Source of the DNA: a virus
Lineage: Duplodnaviria; Caudoviricetes
Length of the DNA stretch: 61,280 nt
IMG/VR virus record: IMGVR_UViG_3300037483_001128
Span: 1 to 61,280 of that record
Strand: one strand, 5' to 3'
Part shown: piece after piece, positions 57,598-61,280 of the stretch
How the letters are laid out: each line of letters starts with the position of its first letter
How positions within the stretch are numbered: position 1 is the first letter of the stretch
The notes under the pieces: model-generated
What the model was told of the DNA's origin: nothing
What the model saw: only the letters and a program-made list of their open reading frames with translations
Databases searched by the model: none
Translations under genes and position numbers: made by a program

Positions 57598-58050
57598 TTA
57601 ATTAAACCAGACAAACGATCCGCCGCGGCTTTGGAAGCCTAAACGACGCTCCAACAAACGCGAAATGCGAACGTCCCAGTCTTTCATGGGGGACACCCCG
57701 ACAAATCGGATACCGCGCCGCGACGATACCCAGGTCAGCAACTGCCGCATGAGCGTCCGTCCGGCGTCCGCTGTTTGACTGTACCACAACAATACATTTG
57801 CGATTTTGCGCTCCGCCCAAAGAGCATCATGCACAAGGGCCACGATGGCGCCGACAATCTTTTTACGGTCGACACTGTACGCTACCCAGGCATAGTTGGC
57901 CGCTGCGCTGACGCACTCGACAGCCACGCGACGCATTTTTTCCACATCCGGAATCAACTCCGGATGGGCCTCTTTGGCATAGCCCAGGGCTACTTGCACG
58001 AGTTCAGGTATGTCGGCTAACGTGGCTTTTCGGTACACGATAAATTCCAT
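57598..58050 (-). CDS. GNAT-fold acetyltransferase-like protein
   Basis: YRKATLADIPEL...GRTLM...RLLERRLGF motif. Confidence 0.75.
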   Translation of the reverse strand: MEFIVYRKATLADIPELVQVALGYAKEAHPELIPDVEKMRRVAVECVSAAANYAWVAYSVDRKKIVGAIVALVHDALWAERKIANVLLWYSQTADAGRTLMRQLLTWVSSRRGIRFVGVSPMKDWDVRISRLLERRLGFQSRGGSFVWFN

Positions 58051-58052
58051 AA

Positions 58053-59171
58053 TCAGTAAACCCCCGCCACGAGAGAACGCAGATCTGTATACGTTGTACC
58101 CGGGAATCGCGACGCCGCCGCTGTCGCGATTTGATCGATGCTCAGACCCGCCAGTTTGCCCTGTGCCACCACGCTGTCTATTATTTGCGGGAGACCGTTT
58201 CCCTGTCCGCCAGTACCCCGCAATTGTGATACGGAGGCCGCGAGTGCGGTATTGAAGTTGGCCAGCGCGGCCGAAGTGTTGGTGCCGGTATCGGCGTCCG
58301 TTGCAACGGTCGGTGCGCCCGGCGCGGTCTCGGGACCGGAAATCGCGTTAATGAGCGTCATCGCGCCATTCAGAGCCTCCATGGCTTTGCCGGTGGCCAC
58401 CGCTGCCTGTTCTGGCGTGATATTGGGGTTGCTATAAATGTCTCCGACGGTCGCTTGGTACGTGCTGTACAACTGGGCCGCAGACTGATTCGTCTGGATC
58501 AAATTGTTGTAGCGAGCCTGCGCAGCCGCTAACTGCAATTGACCATCAGTTCGTACCCGCTCAAGGGCGGCATTCGTGCCCTGTTGAGCCTGGATTCGGC
58601 TGAGATCCTGCACATAGCCCTCAGATTGCAGACTCCGGTTTTCGGCCCCTTGGGTAGTGATCCGCCCGAGGTCTTGGGTGTATCCCTCGGCCTGCAGCTT
58701 GACGTTTTCGTCACCCTGTGTCCTGATTCGGCCAAGATCCTGTTGATAATTCTGCTCTTGCTCGAGTGAACGTTGTGCGTTGCCGGCATTGAACCGCCCG
58801 GTGGCGTTCAGTTCAGTGAGATTTTGCGACTGTCTGGCGCCTTCGGCCTGCGCGTCCTGCAAGACGAGCGGAGTCAATCGGTCCGCCATTTCGCCCATAG
58901 CCGCACCTGCCGCAATCGAAGACCCTCCTTCGAAACCCCGTTTTGCCGCCTCGCGATTACCTATTTCCCGGGCGCGCTGCATAAGCGTGCTATCGGTTTT
59001 CAGATTCTCTTTCATCTGATTCGCTGCAAGAGCCTTGGGATTGAGGTCTTGCGTATAGGATGTGGCGTTAACCGAAGCCGCCTGCGCAACCGATCCGGGA
59101 GACGACGGATTTGCGGCAGGCGTCATCGTCGGTGTCGGAGTATCTTTGGTTACCTGATCCAGCATGCCCAT
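58053..59171 (-). CDS. Putative internal virion protein with 22-aa repeats
   Basis: YxQDLxRIxxQG repeated three times at 22-aa spacing. Confidence 0.7.
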   Translation of the reverse strand: MGMLDQVTKDTPTPTMTPAANPSSPGSVAQAASVNATSYTQDLNPKALAANQMKENLKTDSTLMQRAREIGNREAAKRGFEGGSSIAAGAAMGEMADRLTPLVLQDAQAEGARQSQNLTELNATGRFNAGNAQRSLEQEQNYQQDLGRIRTQGDENVKLQAEGYTQDLGRITTQGAENRSLQSEGYVQDLSRIQAQQGTNAALERVRTDGQLQLAAAQARYNNLIQTNQSAAQLYSTYQATVGDIYSNPNITPEQAAVATGKAMEALNGAMTLINAISGPETAPGAPTVATDADTGTNTSAALANFNTALAASVSQLRGTGGQGNGLPQIIDSVVAQGKLAGLSIDQIATAAASRFPGTTYTDLRSLVAGVY

Positions 59172-59183
59172 ACGAAGTCCTGC

Positions 59184-59525
59184 CTACCGGGGATATTCTC
59201 GACCACATTTTACACACGATAACACAGTTGGCGTCACAATGAATAAGTCACTGTCACACGCGCAGATCCAGCAATACTGCCCGGAAAAGACTATCGGTTC
59301 CCGCCAGACACCCCGGGTCGTACCGCAATCCGGGCATTCCAGTACATACGTTCCGAGAGGAGCCGTCGCATGCCACGTCTTCCTGCAGTCCAGACACTGT
59401 GCGCATCCAGATATGTGAGACTGATATTCGTCCAGCTGAATTACGTCCGCAGGAGTTTCCGGTGCCGTTGGGCTTTCCTTCCGCCGTTTGCCCCCGGCCG
59501 GGTATGAAAGGATAGTAGCGCTCAT
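59184..59525 (-). CDS. Cys-rich Zn-finger protein
   Basis: CLDC, CPDC, CAC and CVKC motifs; the start is uncertain. Confidence 0.65.
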   Translation of the reverse strand: MSATILSYPAGGKRRKESPTAPETPADVIQLDEYQSHISGCAQCLDCRKTWHATAPLGTYVLECPDCGTTRGVWREPIVFSGQYCWICACDSDLFIVTPTVLSCVKCGREYPR

Positions 59526-59576
59526 AGGTAAACGCGCGTTCCGTCGCTTTGGCACGGCATTACCGTGACTGCTGCG

Positions 59577-60035
59577 TTACGCGACATTCTGGCCCCCTTT
59601 TTGGACGTAGAAAGCAATCAGTGTTTCTGCCGTCAGTTCCCGTTGACCGTAACCGGCACCGGGTAAACTGGCCCAAATATTTCGACACTTGTTGATCGCA
59701 ACGGCGATGCGCCCCGCCAGAATATCATCATACGCCCGACGCTCGCAAATAATCGCTATCGCGTACGCGTCTTGGCTCTCCGGACTGAAATCGGGCAGGC
59801 GCAGCTTTTTGCGGTAGTGCACCCAGAATCGGTACAAGATTTGATAGCGCCCGGCAGCAGTTGACCAAAGGTCATCCCGGACGCGAACCCGAAGGTTCGG
59901 ATGATCTTCGTAGGAGTTGAACACCCCGCCGCCGACCAGGACGTTGTAGCCGTTCTGATCCCCGATACGATCGGTGCCCTCGGCATGCGCGATCATATCG
60001 AGAAAAGCAGTCAGGTTTGGGTGCCGTTCACTCAT
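59577..60035 (-). CDS. Endolysin, lambda R-like lytic transglycosylase
   Basis: AFLDMIAHAEGT, STAAGRYQIL, FSPESQD and WASLPGAGYGQ motifs. Confidence 0.95.
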   Translation of the reverse strand: MSERHPNLTAFLDMIAHAEGTDRIGDQNGYNVLVGGGVFNSYEDHPNLRVRVRDDLWSTAAGRYQILYRFWVHYRKKLRLPDFSPESQDAYAIAIICERRAYDDILAGRIAVAINKCRNIWASLPGAGYGQRELTAETLIAFYVQKGGQNVA

Positions 60036-60331
60036 CAGGAGTGAATTTCAGACCAGTCAATCGCCACATCCGGATCCGTGGCCCCGGTCATGGTGAGAAA
60101 GATATCTCTGTACGGGCCGACTTCGTACTCGAACTGACTACCGGCGACCAGGGTATCGATAATTTCCGGAGTATTGCCGGAACCCGCGGCGCGGGCGAGA
60201 AGGGTGAGGGTGCCCCCGCCCAAGTCCGCGCCTGCGGCGACAATCACCGATATGCTGCAGGTCCGCCTTTTTGTGGTCAGAAGCGGATGAAGTGCAACGT
60301 TGCTCGTAACGGTATAGACAGCACTGCTCAT
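60035..60331 (-). CDS. Small hypothetical virion-module protein
   Basis: AGGAG RBS; TGATG coupling to the endolysin. Confidence 0.7.
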   Translation of the reverse strand: MSSAVYTVTSNVALHPLLTTKRRTCSISVIVAAGADLGGGTLTLLARAAGSGNTPEIIDTLVAGSQFEYEVGPYRDIFLTMTGATDPDVAIDWSEIHS

Positions 60332-60384
60332 AAGTTTTCTCCTGCCGAAATCCTATTGTGGGCTGAATGAGTAGTTCATATCTG

Positions 60385-61002
60385 TTATTCAGCGTCCGCG
60401 AGATCAACTTCTTTTTGGCGCTCTCCGACAGCCTCGCCAGCGGCGAAAGCCCACTCAGCGCCTTTTGTGAGAATAATACCGACCAGCTCGGCTTTGTCGC
60501 GCGGATTTTTAGAGATCAATCCGTCAAGAAACGGTGTTGGAAAACTCTGGTTGAGGTTCCAGTTCACTGCCTCAAACCACTGCATCCACCACGTCGCTTG
60601 TTCCTCGAGCGTGTAGAGCGCGCCGACCTGTCTGATGGCTTTTGCGGCTTTTCCTTTGGCCACATTTTTCTTCCGTGTTTTGATCTGTTCCGGAGTCAAG
60701 TCTTCTGGAGGTCCGGGGGCCTGTTGGTCGTTCGTCAGGTGCCACTGGTCCGTGTATACGCCACTGCCGTAGGTGTAAATGGCTTGGGCGAGCGCATGCT
60801 GGCTATCCGGAGTCAAAGGGACGCCATCAACAGATAGCTCCCCTTTGTCACCATCAAAAACGATAGTCTCGGCGTCCCCTTTGTTGGCGATCACGAGGTC
60901 AAGCACCGCATCAGAAACAGGAGCAGACATATACGCAGGCCATGCGTAAGAGGCGCCCGCGCCCTGAAATTTGAAAGTCCCATCTTTGAGTAAAATTTTC
61001 AT
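60385..61002 (-). CDS. Hypothetical protein (possible fibre chaperone)
   Basis: TAATG coupling to the junction-spanning fibre gene; YxxxExxTW motif. Confidence 0.65.
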   Translation of the reverse strand: MKILLKDGTFKFQGAGASYAWPAYMSAPVSDAVLDLVIANKGDAETIVFDGDKGELSVDGVPLTPDSQHALAQAIYTYGSGVYTDQWHLTNDQQAPGPPEDLTPEQIKTRKKNVAKGKAAKAIRQVGALYTLEEQATWWMQWFEAVNWNLNQSFPTPFLDGLISKNPRDKAELVGIILTKGAEWAFAAGEAVGERQKEVDLADAE

Positions 61003-61280
61003 TATTGCGTCCACTCCGTAAGCCAAGTCCCGGCAACATAGCAATGATATTGACGCACTCCGCTAGCCGCAAGAGTATTGGCATCCACGGCATTCGCGGC
61101 CCCTCCATCAATTGCATCACCGGTGGTTTTTGGCCATATGGCTGCTGCGTTCGCTCCATTATTTCTGATCTGATGAGTCCGTCCTGCAAGCGCTGAAGGG
61201 AGCCCTACAGCGTCGCTTATGTTGGCGCAAACTGTAATCCTGCTCCAATCTCCTGTGAGCGCGGTAGACCCGGCTTGGCT
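61002..61280 (-). CDS. 3' part of the junction-spanning tail fibre gene
   Basis: The frame continues ...HQIRNNGANAAAIWP...YVAGTWLTEWTQ* to a TAA at 61004-61002. Confidence 0.8.
   Translation of the reverse strand, partial: SQAGSTALTGDWSRITVCANISDAVGLPSALAGRTHQIRNNGANAAAIWPKTTGDAIDGGAANAVDANTLAASGVRQYHCYVAGTWLTEWTQ
61154..61280. repeat. 127-bp terminal direct repeat (right copy)
   Basis: Identical to 1-127. Confidence 0.95.

Noticed and set aside
1-61280. Diversity-generating retroelement, integrase, tRNA genes, alternative genetic code
   Set aside because: I saw no RT or recombinase motifs, TR/VR pair or tRNA arms by eye. Core genes are intact under the standard code.

Overview
The window is an apparently complete, circular dsDNA tailed-phage genome of about 61,153 bp. 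Bases 1-127 are identical to 61154-61280, and one gene reads through that junction. It is podovirus-like and probably infects a proteobacterium. The minus-strand arm holds the virion genes: TerS/TerL, portal, scaffold, N4-gp56-like major capsid, tail tube/adaptor, fibres, endolysin, GNAT, ejection proteins and a 2534-aa polyvalent protein. The plus-strand arm holds early/accessory genes (two amino-MTases, an AAA+/vWA pair, two HNH proteins, a PNK-type phosphatase, MazG, a DnaA-domain-IV protein) and an APSE-like replication module (DUF2800, DUF2815 SSB, PolA, VRR-NUC, HerA-like ATPase, C5-MTase, SNF2). The VirE primase-helicase is transcribed divergently. I recognised no integrase, ParA/ParB, tRNA, reverse transcriptase or CRISPR array. 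The most notable region is the control region at about 14.9-16.4 kb. It holds a perfect chromosomal-type parS site although the phage has no parB, a 5x24-bp array of a TTCG-N5-CGAA palindrome that recurs at two main promoters, and inverted iterons around IHF sites. Other highlights are a C5-MTase with motif IX in an overlapping frame, a divergent Acb2-like protein, a SutA-like mini-protein and a TGACTGA-punctuated mini-gene cassette region. All family calls come from motif recognition by eye; no database search was run.
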